From positions 1-64,000 of the IMG/VR virus record IMGVR_UViG_2563366840_000011: a stretch of DNA of 64,000 nt; one strand, given 5' to 3'. Shown here one piece after another: positions 1 through 12,300 of the stretch (its first letter is position 1; every line of letters begins with the position of its first letter). The notes below the pieces were generated by a model. The model was not told the origin of the DNA, did not search any database, and worked only from the letters and a program-made list of their open reading frames with translations. The position numbers and the translations under genes are program-made. This DNA is from a virus (taxonomy: Duplodnaviria > Heunggongvirae > Uroviricota > Caudoviricetes).

Positions 1-1284
1 TTACAGACTTCTGGAAGGTTGCGCAGCTCTTACAACACGCGGTTGATCTTCCGCGGCGTCTTCCAGCGCACTTAAATCACGGTCTTTCACTTCTGGCATT
101 TTCAGCGCAGAGATTAAACCAATCACTGAATATGCCATGATCATAATGGCGATCGGATACCAGGATTCCGTCATGGTGCAGAAAATACCCGCCAGGATAG
201 GACCAAAACCGGAAGCGATAAGACCACCAATTTCTTTAGAAATAGCCATCCGGGTAAAGCGGTTTTTACAGCCGAACATTTCTGCCATGGTAATATTTTC
301 CAGAGCAAATAATCCCAGCACCGCACAGTTATGAATCACAATCAGTGCAACCATAATGGTGCTCGGGGCATAGCTTTTATCTACGATGATAGAAAGCATT
401 GGCCATGCCAGCACAATCGCGGAGGTATTCATAATAATATACGGGATCCGGCGACCAATTTTATCGGATAACCAACCAAGGAACGGAATGGTCATAAAGC
501 CGAGAATCGAACTGATCATCAATGCATCTGTTGGAATTGCTTTGTTAAACAATAACGTCTGCACTAAATAGCCCGCAAGGAAAGTCTGAATTAAACCTGA
601 GTTACCCGCCTGACCAAAACGCAGCCCTGTTGCCAGCCAGAAGGATTTGCTCTGGAACATGCTACCAGCAGGTGCAGGTTTTGCTGTCGGTTGGTTGCTG
701 TCGTTAACCTTCTCAAAAACCGGGCTTTCTTTCAGATTCATACGCAACCAGATAGCAAAGACCATCACGACAACGCTCGCCAGGAACGGTATACGCCATC
801 CCCACGCCAGCAGTTCCTCTTTACTGAGAATGAAGAACATAAAGGCCCAGATTGCCGTTGCGCTTAAAGTTCCGCAGTTAGTTCCCATAGCCACAAATGA
901 GGAGATAATTCCGCGCTTACCTTTTGGCGCATATTCCGCCAGCATCGTACCGGCACCGGAAATTTCCGCACCTGCACCCAATCCCTGAATAATACGCAGC
1001 GTCACCAGCAAGATGGGGGCAAAAACACCAATCTGTGCATAGGTCGGTAACACACCAATTAAGGTGGTACAGATCCCCATCATGGTGATGGTAATAAAGA
1101 GCACTTTTTTACGCCCTATTCTGTCGCCCATTTTGCCGAAAATAAATGCTCCGACAATACGCGCCACATAACCTGCACCGTAGGTTCCCATTGCCAGAAT
1201 TAACGCCATTGCCGTTGATGATTCAGGAAAAAATATTTCATGAAACACTAACGCTGCGCCGAGCGAATATAACTGGAAATCCAT
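1..1284 (-). CDS. ydfJ: MFS family transporter (ProP/ShiA-like metabolite:H+ symporter), 427 aa, complete ORF
   Basis: 427-aa ORF, strongly hydrophobic multi-TM sequence with MFS-type motifs (GRKK loop); position next to the Qin-like prophage tail-fiber end matches E. coli ydfJ synteny. Confidence 0.75.
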   Translation of the reverse strand: MDFQLYSLGAALVFHEIFFPESSTAMALILAMGTYGAGYVARIVGAFIFGKMGDRIGRKKVLFITITMMGICTTLIGVLPTYAQIGVFAPILLVTLRIIQGLGAGAEISGAGTMLAEYAPKGKRGIISSFVAMGTNCGTLSATAIWAFMFFILSKEELLAWGWRIPFLASVVVMVFAIWLRMNLKESPVFEKVNDSNQPTAKPAPAGSMFQSKSFWLATGLRFGQAGNSGLIQTFLAGYLVQTLLFNKAIPTDALMISSILGFMTIPFLGWLSDKIGRRIPYIIMNTSAIVLAWPMLSIIVDKSYAPSTIMVALIVIHNCAVLGLFALENITMAEMFGCKNRFTRMAISKEIGGLIASGFGPILAGIFCTMTESWYPIAIMIMAYSVIGLISALKMPEVKDRDLSALEDAAEDQPRVVRAAQPSRSL

Positions 1285-2036
1285 AATTCACAGGTGTTTT
1301 TTCCCATCCTGTGGTTTCCTTGGCGTTTTCTAGGTTTTTTCAGATAGTTGCATTTTTTAAAAAGCATCCTAAGTTCGATCTCAGTGTCTATCTGGGGCCT
1401 ATTTCTGTCCCATATATGCCCCAAAAAAACTCCCCAACAGATAAGTAGTTTTTTCATGGATTTATGCGTAAAATCAAGAACGGCTGGAAATCATTCAATA
1501 CTCACACTATCGAAAAATTTACCAGCCAACCGCAGCACGTTCTTGCATAAGGCGTGTCTGCGGTTTTTCAACTATTCAGATACATCACTCCCATCACATT
1601 CATTCCTCCGCATCAAAGGCATATAGGCTATATCACCTTGATATTTTTCTTTTTCAGATAAAAACTGTTATCTATGTATACTTTTAAACCCAATCCGTGT
1701 AGAGTCTCTGCATAAGATAGTTTGCAGTTGCCGCTTCAGCTTGCGCCATAAACCGCCTGATTTTTGCTGCCACCTGTTAGCATTCCTGTATACCTGAAAC
1801 GACAATGTTTATCTACGAACTTTAAGAACACCCAAGATAAAAATTGTCAACTATATCATATATAACACATTACTAATTCGAGGCTATATGAACAGCATAC
1901 TGATAATCACTTCTCTCCTTATCATATTCAGCATTTTTAGTCATGCCCTAATAAAATTAGGGATTGGCATATCCAATAACCCAGACAAAACCGATGTATA
2001 AGTCAACATATCCTGAATCAGACATACAATATCGCA

Positions 2037-2303
2037 ATGAAACTCAATAATATTTTAAGGAATATCTTCATGAAATCAAAAGACACCCTAAAGTGGTTCC
2101 CTGCGCAGCTTCCTGAAGTAAGAATTATCCTAGGGGATGCTGTAGTGGAAGTAGCAAAACAGGGAAGACCTATCAATACCAGAACATTGCTTGATTACAT
2201 TGAAGGAAACATAAAGAAAAAATCATGGCTGGATAACAAAGAATTATTACAAACAGCGATATCAGTTCTTAAAGACAACCAAAATTTAAATGGTAAAATG
2301 TAA
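2037..2303 (+). CDS. ydfK: YdfK/YnaE-like small cold-shock-induced prophage protein (88 aa)
   Basis: 88-aa ORF; position between ydfJ and pin as in Qin; sequence recalled as YdfK/YnaE family. Confidence 0.55.
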   Translation: MKLNNILRNIFMKSKDTLKWFPAQLPEVRIILGDAVVEVAKQGRPINTRTLLDYIEGNIKKKSWLDNKELLQTAISVLKDNQNLNGKM

Positions 2304-2619
2304 TATAATAAACTTACTTTTTTATCATTTTTCCACTTTAACAACATTTTGCTCCACTTTTCCACGATCAAACAACTTGAAATCTGGTTAAAATAACACG
2401 CAACACTATTCTTCTTCCTTGAGTCCGCCCGGAACTCGAAAAACAAACCGAGTTAAAGCCATTTTTCACAAAATCGATTTTGGGTCTCACCAAAATTACG
2501 GGGTTGCATACGCATTCGTTTATTTTCGAACGTGTACATACAAATATGCACAAAAATAATCAAAATTATTTTCTGAGATGCATTATGATATGAACACCAA
2601 TTTCGTATAGAGTCTCACT

Positions 2620-3210
2620 ATGTCTCGAATTTTTGCTTACTGTCGGATATCAACGCTGGATCAGACCATCGAAAATCAACGCCGGGAAATCGAAAGTGCA
2701 GGTTTTAAAATCAAACCTCAGCAAATAATCGAAGAACACATTAGCGGCTCAGCAGCAACCAGTGAGCGTCCTGGTTTTAACCGGTTGCTTGCTCGCCTGA
2801 AATGTGGTGATCAATTGATTGTGACAAAACTGGATCGCCTTGGTTGTAATGCAATGGATATCAGGAAAACAGTGGAACAACTGACCGAAACAGGTATCAG
2901 AGTGCATTGCTTAGCATTGGGGGGCATTGACCTGACCAGTCCAACAGGAAAAATGATGATGCACGTAATTTCAGCAGTCGCTGAATTTGAACGAGACCTT
3001 TTACTTGAACGCACTCATTCCGGGATAGTAAGAGCCCGCGGCGCAGGGAAACGTTTTGGTCGACCACCTGTGTTAAATGAAGAACAGAAACAGGTGGTAT
3101 TCGAACGAATTAAGTCAGGTGTAAGTATAAGTGCCATTGCCCGGGAATTCAAAACCTCGCGGCAAACCATTTTAAGAGCCAAAGCAAAACTTCAGACACC
3201 TGACATATAA
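2620..3210 (+). CDS. pin: Pin-type serine DNA invertase (Gin/Hin/Pin family)
   Basis: 196-aa ORF with N-terminal resolvase catalytic motif (YCRISTLDQ, catalytic Ser) and C-terminal HTH; adjacent to tfa/stf. Confidence 0.9.
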   Translation: MSRIFAYCRISTLDQTIENQRREIESAGFKIKPQQIIEEHISGSAATSERPGFNRLLARLKCGDQLIVTKLDRLGCNAMDIRKTVEQLTETGIRVHCLALGGIDLTSPTGKMMMHVISAVAEFERDLLLERTHSGIVRARGAGKRFGRPPVLNEEQKQVVFERIKSGVSISAIAREFKTSRQTILRAKAKLQTPDI

Positions 3211-3307
3211 AAAATAATCTCGGTGTGAGATGCTTTACGTCTTCCAAGCCCCCTTCCTTGCCGTAAATGGAAAGATACATCTAATTATAGAATTTATATG
3301 TTTTACC

Positions 3308-3883
3308 CTACGGCAGTGCTGGCCATTCAATATCCTGTGCAGTTGACGTATCAACACGGTTCAGCAACACCCGATACTTTTTCCAGGCTTCCAGCAATGA
3401 GGTTTCTTCCTCCGTTGCGATTTCCAGATCTACAGCATCCTGAAGTGGTGCAATATGCTCACTGGCTACCTGCATCAGGCTGTTTTTTGTTTCTTCCGCC
3501 TCTCGGATCCGGAACAGTTTTTCTGCTTCTGCATCTTTCACCCAGGCTGTGCCGTTCCACTTCTGAAACTCCCCTTCCGGCGATAACCAGGTAACATTTT
3601 CCGGTAACGGACCGAGTTCAGAAATAAATAACGCGTCCCCTGACGCTACGTCATAAACCGTTTTACCCCGATGGTCTTCAACGAGATGCCACGATGCCTT
3701 ATCACTGTTGAAAACAGCCACAAAGCCAGCAGGAATATCTGGTGGTGCAATATCGGTACTGTTTGCTGGCAGACCTGTATGAGGCGGAATATATGCGTCA
3801 CCTTCACCAATAAATTCATTAGTTCCAGCCAGCAGATTATAAATTTTTATGGTCCGTGGTTGTTCACTCATTCTGAATGCCAT
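3308..3883 (-). CDS. tfa: Tail fiber assembly protein Tfa
   Basis: 191-aa ORF closely matching lambda/e14 Tfa; start codon overlaps stf stop (TAATG). Confidence 0.85.
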   Translation of the reverse strand: MAFRMSEQPRTIKIYNLLAGTNEFIGEGDAYIPPHTGLPANSTDIAPPDIPAGFVAVFNSDKASWHLVEDHRGKTVYDVASGDALFISELGPLPENVTWLSPEGEFQKWNGTAWVKDAEAEKLFRIREAEETKNSLMQVASEHIAPLQDAVDLEIATEEETSLLEAWKKYRVLLNRVDTSTAQDIEWPALP

Positions 3884-6711
3884 TATGCAAGCCTCACAAT
3901 ATAGTTAAATGCGATGTTTTTGACGGTGTTTTCCGCGTTACCAGCAGCGTTAACGGTGATGGTGTGTCCATGTGAACCAATCGCAACGGAGTGCGTATGA
4001 GCACCAATACCGACAGTATGCGCGTGTGCACCTGCAGATGCTGCTGTGCCGGACAGTGAATGGCTATGATTACCATCTGTACTGGTATTCGCTAACCACC
4101 CCGTAGACATACCTACTGAGCCTTGTACACCCCAGGTATTTTGACCTGAGCTTGTATAACCATATTGATAAGTATCTTTAAAAACACTGGGGTTAAATCG
4201 ACGGCCATCTCTATGGCTGTGATTACCAGCTGCATTCGTGCTGCCACTTAAACTATGGGTATGCGCACCAGTGTTATTCGTGGATTTAGTGCCGTAATCA
4301 AACGACGATGTGGTTTTCGTCCCCAAATCCGTACTGGATGCGCTGGCGCTGTGGGTATGCGATTTAATGCCGTCCTGTTCCTGAGACAATACGGCCCGAC
4401 CACTGGCAGGTTTGCCCTTAATCGTCCAGCCACGCATATCAGGGATCACGCCTGACGGATAAGCGGCTGCAAGTTTCGGGTATGCAGATTTGTCAAAAGT
4501 CTGCCCCTGCATCAGGGCATAGCCAGACGGAACGGTATCTGATGGCCACGGGATTGGTGCGCCAGGCGGATAAAACTGCTCTGATGGCGTATAGAGTGAA
4601 TAAACTGTACCGTCCGTTAACCCTTCCGGCTTATTAGCAGAATATGCTGGTGACGTATGAATCGTCACGCTGGCATTACTGGTATAATCCCATTGAATAT
4701 TTACACCAGTCGCATAATTTCCGATTGCAACGTAAATATCGTAAGTATCACCAGATGTATTGACCCAGGCAAAATTTGTAAACCCTGTCGATGTGCGCTG
4801 CCATAAAGCACCAGTAATCCCCTTCGGATTACCATTACCTGCACGTAAAACAAGTTCAGATATACCTGCCTGTTGAGGTGACCCCACGTTAAATCCAGCG
4901 CCACCAATCAACGTAATTGAAACAACAGAACTCGCCTGTGGCATGGTTACCGTTGCTAATTTGAACCAACCAGCACCACCGCTGAATGACATTGTTGTTG
5001 AGTTAAGCGTACCAATATCTTTCGGCGTCAGTGTTATATCCGCTGAAAGCGCCTTACCATTCACCTTACGGGCAGAAGGTACCCGACCATTCGCATTGTC
5101 ATTAGCTGCTTTCACTGCTTTCGGTGTCGCAGCAAGCGTTTCAGATGTGCTGTTGGTTGCACTACTGAGCTGGACAATTCCTTTTTGTGCTGTCGTAGCG
5201 TCCTGTGCGGTGTATTTCCCGTTAGCCAGGTCATACGCGGCCTTAACGGCTTTTGGCGTTGCCGCCTGTGACTCGGAAGTGCTGTTGGTCGCACTGCTGA
5301 GCTGTACTATCCCCTTTTTCGTCGTGCTCGCATCCTCAAGCGCCACGGCGGATGCAATATCCTCTGCCCGTTTTGCTGCTGTCTCGGCGCGCGTTGCCGC
5401 GGATTCCGCCGTACTTTTGCTCTGTGCTGCCGCTGCCGCACTGCCAGCAGCCTCTGTCGCCTTCGTGGATGCCGTCGTGGCGCTGCCCCTCGCTGCTGAC
5501 GCCTGTCTGGTCGCCTCATCTTTTGAAGCAGACGCAGATGATGCCGATGACGCCGCCGAACTGGCGGACGATGCGGCAGCCGTTTTTGAGGATTCTGCGC
5601 TGGTTTCCGACGCTTTCGCGTTCGTTTCGGATGTCTTCGCTGCGGAAGCAGACCTCGCTGCTGCGCTGGCCTGTTCAGTGGCTTCGCCAGCCTTCGTTGT
5701 GGCTGTTGAAGCAGACGATGCGGCACTTTCTGCCGACTTTCCGGCAGCGGTGGCACTGGCTGAGGCCTGCCCGGCACTTGTTGACGCGGCGCTGGCAGAT
5801 GATGCAGCCGCTGTTTTTGAGCCTGCCGCAGCCGAGGCGCTCTGTCCCGCTGCCGTTTCAGAAGACCTGGCGTTCGTCTCGGACGTTTTTGCCGCCTTCG
5901 CGGAATTTCCTGCCGCCGTTGCCGAGGAAGCGGCACTACTGGCGCTTGATGATGCGTTCGTTTCTGATGATTTTGCCGCCTCTTTTGAAGCCGACGCATC
6001 CCGTGCTGAAGTGGCTGCTTCTGACGCTTTCGTAGTCGCGGTGGATGCAGAAGTGGCTGCTGATTGTTGTGACGCTGCCGCATTCGTTTCTGACGTTTTC
6101 GCCGCACCGGCACTGGTAGCCGCCGCGCTTTTTGAGGACTCTGCAGCGGCAGCACTTTTTAATGCTTCAGTGGCCTTTGTTGATGCCGTTCCTGCGCTGG
6201 AAGACGCTGACTGAGCCGACGAAGCAGCCTGTCCGGCTGACGTGCTGGCTGCGCGTGCTGAGCCTGCAGCATCAGTCGCATGGGTTGCCGCCTCACGGGC
6301 TGATGTGCTGGCATCGCTGGCTGACTTCTTCGCGGCTGCCGTGTTCTGTGCCACCGCGGACGCGTTACGCGCCACCTCTTCCACCATCAGTTCAAAACGG
6401 CGCAGTGCCTCAGGACGGGCATCATCCTCCGTCATGGCACCGAGAAAATCATTCAGCGTACCGGGTCGGGAATCTTCATACACGGTGATGGTCCCGGCAT
6501 GTGACGGCGGGAATCCTTCCACCAACAGAATAACGCTGTACTGACCGTACTCAACGTCCATGCTGTAACGCCCGGCTTCATCCGGATTTTCTGAGGCCAG
6601 CGTGTTCACCACCACCGTGGTACTGTTACGTTTTGCTTTCAGCTGGATTGTGCAGTTCTGTACCGGTTTTCCTGTGCCGTCTTTCAGTACACCTGAAATC
6701 TTTACTGCCAT
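3883..6711 (-). CDS. stf: Side tail fiber protein Stf (lambda Stf-like) with expanded Ala/Ser-rich fibrous repeats
   Basis: Near-identity to lambda Stf N- and C-termini ([12 protein letters not shown]... / ...[19 protein letters not shown]); ATG at 6711 preceded by GGGG SD; ORF track start at 6717 is an upstream GTG. Confidence 0.85.
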   Translation of the reverse strand: MAVKISGVLKDGTGKPVQNCTIQLKAKRNSTTVVVNTLASENPDEAGRYSMDVEYGQYSVILLVEGFPPSHAGTITVYEDSRPGTLNDFLGAMTEDDARPEALRRFELMVEEVARNASAVAQNTAAAKKSASDASTSAREAATHATDAAGSARAASTSAGQAASSAQSASSSAGTASTKATEALKSAAAAESSKSAAATSAGAAKTSETNAAASQQSAATSASTATTKASEAATSARDASASKEAAKSSETNASSSASSAASSATAAGNSAKAAKTSETNARSSETAAGQSASAAAGSKTAAASSASAASTSAGQASASATAAGKSAESAASSASTATTKAGEATEQASAAARSASAAKTSETNAKASETSAESSKTAAASSASSAASSASSASASKDEATRQASAARGSATTASTKATEAAGSAAAAAQSKSTAESAATRAETAAKRAEDIASAVALEDASTTKKGIVQLSSATNSTSESQAATPKAVKAAYDLANGKYTAQDATTAQKGIVQLSSATNSTSETLAATPKAVKAANDNANGRVPSARKVNGKALSADITLTPKDIGTLNSTTMSFSGGAGWFKLATVTMPQASSVVSITLIGGAGFNVGSPQQAGISELVLRAGNGNPKGITGALWQRTSTGFTNFAWVNTSGDTYDIYVAIGNYATGVNIQWDYTSNASVTIHTSPAYSANKPEGLTDGTVYSLYTPSEQFYPPGAPIPWPSDTVPSGYALMQGQTFDKSAYPKLAAAYPSGVIPDMRGWTIKGKPASGRAVLSQEQDGIKSHTHSASASSTDLGTKTTSSFDYGTKSTNNTGAHTHSLSGSTNAAGNHSHRDGRRFNPSVFKDTYQYGYTSSGQNTWGVQGSVGMSTGWLANTSTDGNHSHSLSGTAASAGAHAHTVGIGAHTHSVAIGSHGHTITVNAAGNAENTVKNIAFNYIVRLA
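4950..6250 (-). repeat. Low-complexity imperfect tandem repeats encoding the Ala/Ser/Thr-rich shaft of Stf (recurring KTSETNA / AASSASxASTSAGQ units)
   Basis: Visible recurring peptide units in the Stf translation; GC-rich repetitive DNA giving long spurious ORFs in other frames. Confidence 0.5.
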
Positions 6712-6720
6712 ATTCACCCC

Positions 6721-6749
6721 ACAAAAAAGCCCGCCTGAACCGGCGGGCT
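6721..6749 (-). terminator. Rho-independent terminator downstream of lom (stem agcccgcc/ggcgggct, then T-run on minus strand)
   Basis: 8-bp GC-rich inverted repeat with 6-nt loop followed by TTTTTT on the minus strand. Confidence 0.6.
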
Positions 6750-6775
6750 GTCATAACACTGTGTTACCTGGCTAA

Positions 6776-7375
6776 TCAGAATTTATAACCGACACCCACG
6801 ATGAAACCGTCAGTGCGCCAGTCGCCACTGCCGGAACCTTCATAAGCGACATCAACGGCCACGGATTCGGTCGGGTTAAACTGCACGCCAGCCCCCCACG
6901 CCAGAGACGTGTTGCTGTGGCGACCGTCATCACTTCCGATCAGCACATCGTGCGTTTTCCCCGTATTGTCGGTCACCTGCAGATAATCCCCGGAGAAAGT
7001 CGACACACGGCTGTAAGCCACACCCGCCATCGCATACGCGCTGAACCATTCATTCACGCGCACAGACGGCCCCGCCATCACGCTGAACCAGCGGTTACGC
7101 ACGGAATCTTCATGCCAGCGGGTATCGCTGTAATGCGTTTTTTGCTCATCTTCAGCGTTGGCATAACTGAATGACGTAATCAGCCCCAGCGTGTCCGTAA
7201 ACTCATAACGGTATTTCACGTTAATCCCGTTCAGATTATCGCTGCCGGGAGCGTTCGTACGGGCATGAAGATACCCTGCGCTCAGTGTGGCCTGCTGCTC
7301 AGACGCCCATGCAGGCGCACCGGATACGGCCAGACAGATGGCTGCGGACAAAATGGCTGCACAAACTTTACGCAT
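6776..7375 (-). CDS. lom: Lom outer membrane protein (Ail/Lom/PagC family)
   Basis: 199-aa ORF with signal peptide and C-terminal GVGYKF beta-barrel terminus; lambda lom position after J. Confidence 0.85.
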   Translation of the reverse strand: MRKVCAAILSAAICLAVSGAPAWASEQQATLSAGYLHARTNAPGSDNLNGINVKYRYEFTDTLGLITSFSYANAEDEQKTHYSDTRWHEDSVRNRWFSVMAGPSVRVNEWFSAYAMAGVAYSRVSTFSGDYLQVTDNTGKTHDVLIGSDDGRHSNTSLAWGAGVQFNPTESVAVDVAYEGSGSGDWRTDGFIVGVGYKF

Positions 7376-7396
7376 AATTACCTCTCGCTTTTCTGC

Positions 7397-7424
7397 AATA
7401 AAAAAGGCGCCATTTCTGGCGCCC
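7397..7424 (-). terminator. Rho-independent terminator downstream of J (tJ-like)
   Basis: ggcgcc-atttct-ggcgcc hairpin followed by T-run on the minus strand between J and lom. Confidence 0.55.
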
Positions 7425-7442
7425 GTATATGGGTTATAAAAT

Positions 7443-10400
7443 TCAGCTGATACTGATGCCTGCGGTGGCTTTCTTCATCACCACAACCAGCAAATCGCTG
7501 ATACTTGCTGTGGGATACCAGTCATTTACCAGCCATGCTGACACCGAAAACTCCAGCGTCATGTGGCCGTGACCAGCTGGCATATCAATAACACCACTGT
7601 AAATCAGCGTATTATCCAGCGCGGTACGGTTATAAATTTCAGCACCATTTTTCTTCACTATCAGGCGGCATGACGAATAAATATCGTTATTCTCCCGCTC
7701 ATGTTTAGCGCCGCAGAATGCCACCGCCGGAATAACAATTTGCCTGTCAAAAGGCTGATCGTCATAAATCCTGACGGTAATGGTCCCTGATGGCCACCGC
7801 TCCGGTGCCCGGGAGTCCCGCGGGAAAGCCTTACCCACTGTTTTGACAATATCGCCTTCAATCTGGTTGGCTGACAGTTTCCCTTTAATCTGACAGTTCT
7901 CATTTATCGTAACGTTGTTGAGCGTCCCGGAGTTCGCATTCACACTGCCACTGATATCTGCATTTTTAGCGGTCAGCTTTCCGTCCGGTGTCAGGGAAAA
8001 TGCAGGAGGATTACCGCCGCTGGTAATGGTGGGAGCCGTCAGATATTTCAGGAACACTTCATTCATAAATATCTGATCACCCTGACCAACAAACATCGGT
8101 TTTGTGTTGCCATTTGCAGGATTAATCATCGCAATCCTGTCTGCCGCCAGCAGCACCTGACTCTGCATGCCGTCGGGGGTGTTCTCAATACCGGCACCGA
8201 TACCCGCGATATAAAGGCGTCCGTCCTGCATCTGCTGCAGCTTCACAGCCCACATGCTGTTCAGATTATTATTTGTATCAACCTGAACCTTCTGTATCTG
8301 CTGGATCGCTGCACTCTGGTCTTCCAGTTTCTTATTGACGGTCTGTGTGATTTCATTGCTGACATCCGTAATGGATGTCCTGATTTCAGCCAGGTCAGGC
8401 GCAAGCTGACCGTTATCAATCTGCGTCCACAGCTCCTGAGCCAGATGGGTTTTCCCTATCTCGCCTTTGAAAAAATCCAGATAGCCGGATGCGTCATCAC
8501 TCGGCTGACCAACAGCCTCCACGAATGCCGATTTGCCAACGGTGTTCACACTGCGAACGTAAAAATAATAATTATGGCCCGGCCTGATATTGATACTGGC
8601 GGCTATCCAGTACAGCGCCGTGCCAAGATAGCGTGCTGTGGTTTCAACCTGCCTGATATCCGCAATCCGCTTTTCCGAGAACCAGAACTCAAACTGTACC
8701 GTCGGATCATAAACCGCAAGATGCGGCGTGGCGGTTATCTGAAAATAGCCCGGCGTCAGCTCAATCCGCGACGGCGCTGCCGGTGCGGCAATCCGGAACG
8801 ATACCGACGCCGGATCGCCCTGCTGCCCCCACGCATTTACTGCCCGGACTGTCAGCCTGTAGTTCCCCAGAGCCAGTTGTGTGAAGCGGTAAGTGGTTTC
8901 CGTCGTCCGGGCCGTGCTGACCAGCCGCTCACTGCCGTCATCCGCTGTTACGGTCAGGCGAAGCATGAAACTCACGCCCTTCACCACCTTCGGCGTGTCC
9001 CAGCGGGCCAGTACCTGATACTCCCCGCTGTCTGCGGTGACTTCGGCAGTCAGGTGCTGCACTGCTGGCGGCGTGACACCATTCACCGTGCCGCTCTGGT
9101 CGCCGTCAAAGTGCGCCCCGTTATCCACGATAGCTTCTTTTTCCGGTACATGCTGCACGGCGGTGATGGCATACGTGCCGTCGTCGTTCTCACGGATACT
9201 CACGCAGCGGAACAGGCGCTGGCGCAGCGTCGGCAGCTTCAGCCCCCATACGCTGTATCCGGCAACGCCGTCAGGAACACGGCTCACTTTTACCTTCACG
9301 CCGTCGGTGACGGACTGGACCTCCACGCTGACCGGATTGCCACTTCCGTCAACCAGGCTTATCAGCGTGGTACCGGAGGATGGCAGCGTGATTTCACGGT
9401 CGAGCGTCAGCGTCCGGGTCTGGCTGTTCACCGCCAGCACGCGCCCGCCGGTGCTGATCCCCGCATAGTCATCATCGCAGATTTCAATGACATCGCCCGG
9501 CACATGGCGAAGCCCTTCCGCACCCACGCTGAAGTCCACGGTCTGCGTTTCCAGTAGTTCCGTTTTAATCAGCCACAGCCCGGCGCGGTGCGCCTGCCCC
9601 CGGCTGGTACAGCCAAAGGCATCCATCTTCGTGACGTTACGACCGTAACGGAGAATGGCCTGCGTATCTTCAACAAGCTCTGTCGCCGTCTCCCAGCCGT
9701 TATCCGGGTCAATCCAGTTCACCTCAACGGCATTATGACGGTCCTTCAGGGCACTGAAGCTGTAGCGGAACGGCGCGCCATCATCCGGCATCACCACATT
9801 ACTGCAGTTATAGGTCCACACCTTATCCGACGGTCGGTCCTGCACGAACGTCAGCGTCTGCCCGTTCCATACCGGCATACAGCGCATCGCCGAGCAGAAA
9901 TCACTGAGAACATCCCACGCCTTGCGCTGTGTGGTCAGCCAGGCATTACAGGTGATGCGCGGCTCCGTGCCGCCAAAACCGTCCGGCACCGACTGATCGC
10001 AATGCTGGCCGATGACATACAGCGCCCATTTGTCCACATCCGCCGCACCGAGACGCTTCCCCATGCCGTAGCGCGGATGGGTCAGCATATCCCACAGACA
10101 CCAGGCCATGTTGTTGCTGTATGCTGGCTTAAACGTTCCGTCCCAGATACCGCTGTATTGCCGCGTCTGCGGGTTATAGTTCGACGGCACCTGCAGAATG
10201 CGCCCGCGAAGATGATAATTACGGCTCACCTGCTGGCTGCCGAACTGTTCCGAGTCCACCTGCACGCCGACCAGTGCCGTGTTCGGGTAGCACTGTTTCA
10301 CATCGATGATTTCGGTGTATGACGACCAGAGCGTTTTGTTCTGCAGCTGGTCTGTGGTGCTGTCCGGCGTCATTCTGCGCATCCGGATATTAAACGGGCG

Positions 10401-10922
10401 CGGCGGCAGGTTATCCACCACCACCGAGGCCAGATACTGCGAGGTGGTTTTGCCCTTAATGGTGATGTCTTTTTCCGTCACCCAGCCACCATTACGCTGT
10501 ATCTGAACCAGCAGGCGAACTTCCGACGGATTCCGGTCCCCCTTTGAGGTGGTTTCCACCAGTGCCTGCACACCGAAGGTAAAGCGCAGTCGGTCGATGT
10601 TTGCCGACGTGATGGCGCGGGTGATCGGCGTGTCGTATTTCACTTCCGTACCCAACACCGTCTCGGAGCCGGAGGATTCAAATCCCTCCGGCGGAGTCTG
10701 CTCCTGCTCACCAGCCCGGAACACCACCGTGACACCGGCGATGTTGGTATTCCCATCACTGTCCAGCACCGGCGTACTGTTCAGCAGCACGCTTTTTAAT
10801 CCATCCACCGGACCTTCAATCGGCCCTTCACTGATGGCATCAATCACACTCAGCAACTGCGTGGACTTCAGGTTGTCCTTCGCTTCGCGCGGGGTATGCC
10901 CCTTACTGCTTCCTTTACCCAT
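7443..10922 (-). CDS. J: Tail tip host specificity protein J
   Basis: 1159-aa ORF, lambda J-like throughout; lambda gene order. Confidence 0.9.
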   Translation of the reverse strand: MGKGSSKGHTPREAKDNLKSTQLLSVIDAISEGPIEGPVDGLKSVLLNSTPVLDSDGNTNIAGVTVVFRAGEQEQTPPEGFESSGSETVLGTEVKYDTPITRAITSANIDRLRFTFGVQALVETTSKGDRNPSEVRLLVQIQRNGGWVTEKDITIKGKTTSQYLASVVVDNLPPRPFNIRMRRMTPDSTTDQLQNKTLWSSYTEIIDVKQCYPNTALVGVQVDSEQFGSQQVSRNYHLRGRILQVPSNYNPQTRQYSGIWDGTFKPAYSNNMAWCLWDMLTHPRYGMGKRLGAADVDKWALYVIGQHCDQSVPDGFGGTEPRITCNAWLTTQRKAWDVLSDFCSAMRCMPVWNGQTLTFVQDRPSDKVWTYNCSNVVMPDDGAPFRYSFSALKDRHNAVEVNWIDPDNGWETATELVEDTQAILRYGRNVTKMDAFGCTSRGQAHRAGLWLIKTELLETQTVDFSVGAEGLRHVPGDVIEICDDDYAGISTGGRVLAVNSQTRTLTLDREITLPSSGTTLISLVDGSGNPVSVEVQSVTDGVKVKVSRVPDGVAGYSVWGLKLPTLRQRLFRCVSIRENDDGTYAITAVQHVPEKEAIVDNGAHFDGDQSGTVNGVTPPAVQHLTAEVTADSGEYQVLARWDTPKVVKGVSFMLRLTVTADDGSERLVSTARTTETTYRFTQLALGNYRLTVRAVNAWGQQGDPASVSFRIAAPAAPSRIELTPGYFQITATPHLAVYDPTVQFEFWFSEKRIADIRQVETTARYLGTALYWIAASINIRPGHNYYFYVRSVNTVGKSAFVEAVGQPSDDASGYLDFFKGEIGKTHLAQELWTQIDNGQLAPDLAEIRTSITDVSNEITQTVNKKLEDQSAAIQQIQKVQVDTNNNLNSMWAVKLQQMQDGRLYIAGIGAGIENTPDGMQSQVLLAADRIAMINPANGNTKPMFVGQGDQIFMNEVFLKYLTAPTITSGGNPPAFSLTPDGKLTAKNADISGSVNANSGTLNNVTINENCQIKGKLSANQIEGDIVKTVGKAFPRDSRAPERWPSGTITVRIYDDQPFDRQIVIPAVAFCGAKHERENNDIYSSCRLIVKKNGAEIYNRTALDNTLIYSGVIDMPAGHGHMTLEFSVSAWLVNDWYPTASISDLLVVVMKKATAGISIS

Positions 10923-10982
10923 TCCTCACGCTCCATAAACGACAAAACCGCCCGCAGGCGGTTTCACATAAAACATTTTGCA

Positions 10983-11654
10983 TCAGCGACCAATCACCAC
11001 AACCTGACCACCGTCCCCTTCGTCTGCCGTGCTGATCTCCTGAGAAACCACGCGTGACCCCACGCGCATTTCCCCGTACAGAACAGGCAGAACATTGCCC
11101 TGGGCAACCATGTTATCCAGTGAGGAGAAATAGGTGTTCTGCTTACCGTTATCCGTTGTCTGTGTACGGGGAGTTCTGGCTTTCGGTGCCAGCATCTGCG
11201 CCACACCACCGAGCACCATACTGGCACCGAGAGAAAACAGGATGCCGGTCATACCACCGGCCCCAATGGCTGCCCCCCATGCTGCAAGGGTGGCTCCGGC
11301 GGTAAAGAATGATCCGGCAATGGCGGCAGCCCCCAGGACAATCTGGAATACGCCACCTGACTTGGCCCCGGCGACTCTGGGAACAATATGAATCACAGCG
11401 CCATCAGGCAGAGTCTCATGTAACTGCGCCGTTAACCCGGACGTGCTGACGTCCCGCCCGGCAATCCGTACCTGATACCAGCCGTCGCTCAGTTTCTGAC
11501 GAAACGCCGGGAGCTGTGTGGCCAGTGCCCGGATGGCTTCAGCCCCCGTTTTCACACGAAGGTCGATGCGGCGACCAAATCGTTGTAAATCCCCGTAAAG
11601 GCAGATGCGCGCCATGCCCGGTGACGCCAGAGGGAGTGTGTGCGTCGCTGCCAT
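10983..11654 (-). CDS. I: Tail assembly protein I
   Basis: 223-aa ORF matching lambda I length and sequence; overlaps K by ~100 nt as in lambda. Confidence 0.85.
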   Translation of the reverse strand: MAATHTLPLASPGMARICLYGDLQRFGRRIDLRVKTGAEAIRALATQLPAFRQKLSDGWYQVRIAGRDVSTSGLTAQLHETLPDGAVIHIVPRVAGAKSGGVFQIVLGAAAIAGSFFTAGATLAAWGAAIGAGGMTGILFSLGASMVLGGVAQMLAPKARTPRTQTTDNGKQNTYFSSLDNMVAQGNVLPVLYGEMRVGSRVVSQEISTADEGDGGQVVVIGR

Positions 11655-12295
11655 TTGTCGGTGTACCTCTCTCGTTTGCTCAGTTGTTCAGGAATATGGT
11701 GCAGCAGCTCGCCGTCGCCGCAGTAAATTGCGGCGTGATTCGGCACCGATGAACCAAAACAGCACAGCAGCACATCGCCCGGCTGTGCCGCTGACAACGG
11801 CACCTGATACAGCCCCGTCGCCTCCAGATTATCCAGATAGAGATTCTGGCCGTTACGCCACCAGTCATCCTCACGATGAAAGTCCGGCATCTCAATCCCC
11901 GCCAGATGATAAGCATCCCGGAACAGTGTGTAACAGTCCGTCACACCGTGCTCAAAGCGCCGCCCGGTGAGATGCGGCACACAGCGGAACTTATGAATCG
12001 TCCCCCGGCAGACCAGCCACCACGGCAAATCACTCTGCACCTGCAGCCGCCGGTCGGCCTCACTCAGCCAGGGCAGACCACCGGGGTGGCTGTGGACCAG
12101 CGCCACAATCTCACCCTGCATTTCTGCCTTCAGCCAGTCTTCCGGCGACATACGGAAATACGCCTCCGGCTCACCGGAGATATTCACGCAGGGGAAATAT
12201 CTTTCCCCCTCCGGCGTGCTTACCACGAAGCCGCACGACTCCGCTGGCGCACATCGCCGGGCGTGCGCCAGAATCGCTGATTCTGTCTGTGTCAT
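11552..12295 (-). CDS. K: Tail assembly protein K (NlpC/P60 + JAB/MPN-like)
   Basis: ORF with HSHP and Cys/His peptidase motifs typical of lambda K; exact start uncertain. Confidence 0.8.
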   Translation of the reverse strand: MTQTESAILAHARRCAPAESCGFVVSTPEGERYFPCVNISGEPEAYFRMSPEDWLKAEMQGEIVALVHSHPGGLPWLSEADRRLQVQSDLPWWLVCRGTIHKFRCVPHLTGRRFEHGVTDCYTLFRDAYHLAGIEMPDFHREDDWWRNGQNLYLDNLEATGLYQVPLSAAQPGDVLLCCFGSSVPNHAAIYCGDGELLHHIPEQLSKRERYTDKWQRRTHSLWRHRAWRASAFTGIYNDLVAASTFV

Positions 12296-12300
12296 GGGAT

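Noticed and set aside
3211-3307. Candidate Pin crossover site in the pin-tfa spacer (ttccttgccgtaaatggaaag)
   Set aside because: Only a loose resemblance to gix/hix half-sites and no inverted partner found within stf by eye; left as a question rather than a feature.
4943-6214. Long ORFs (423 aa plus strand; also 5307..6155 minus, 5352..6035 plus) inside the stf region
   Set aside because: Low-complexity Ala/Arg/Pro-rich translations produced by the GC-rich repeat DNA of stf in other frames or antisense; stf itself is clearly recognisable.
8445-10322. Plus-strand ORFs of 370 and 244 aa opposite gene J
   Set aside because: Antisense to a well-supported J gene; Arg/Pro-rich composition typical of spurious GC-rich ORFs.
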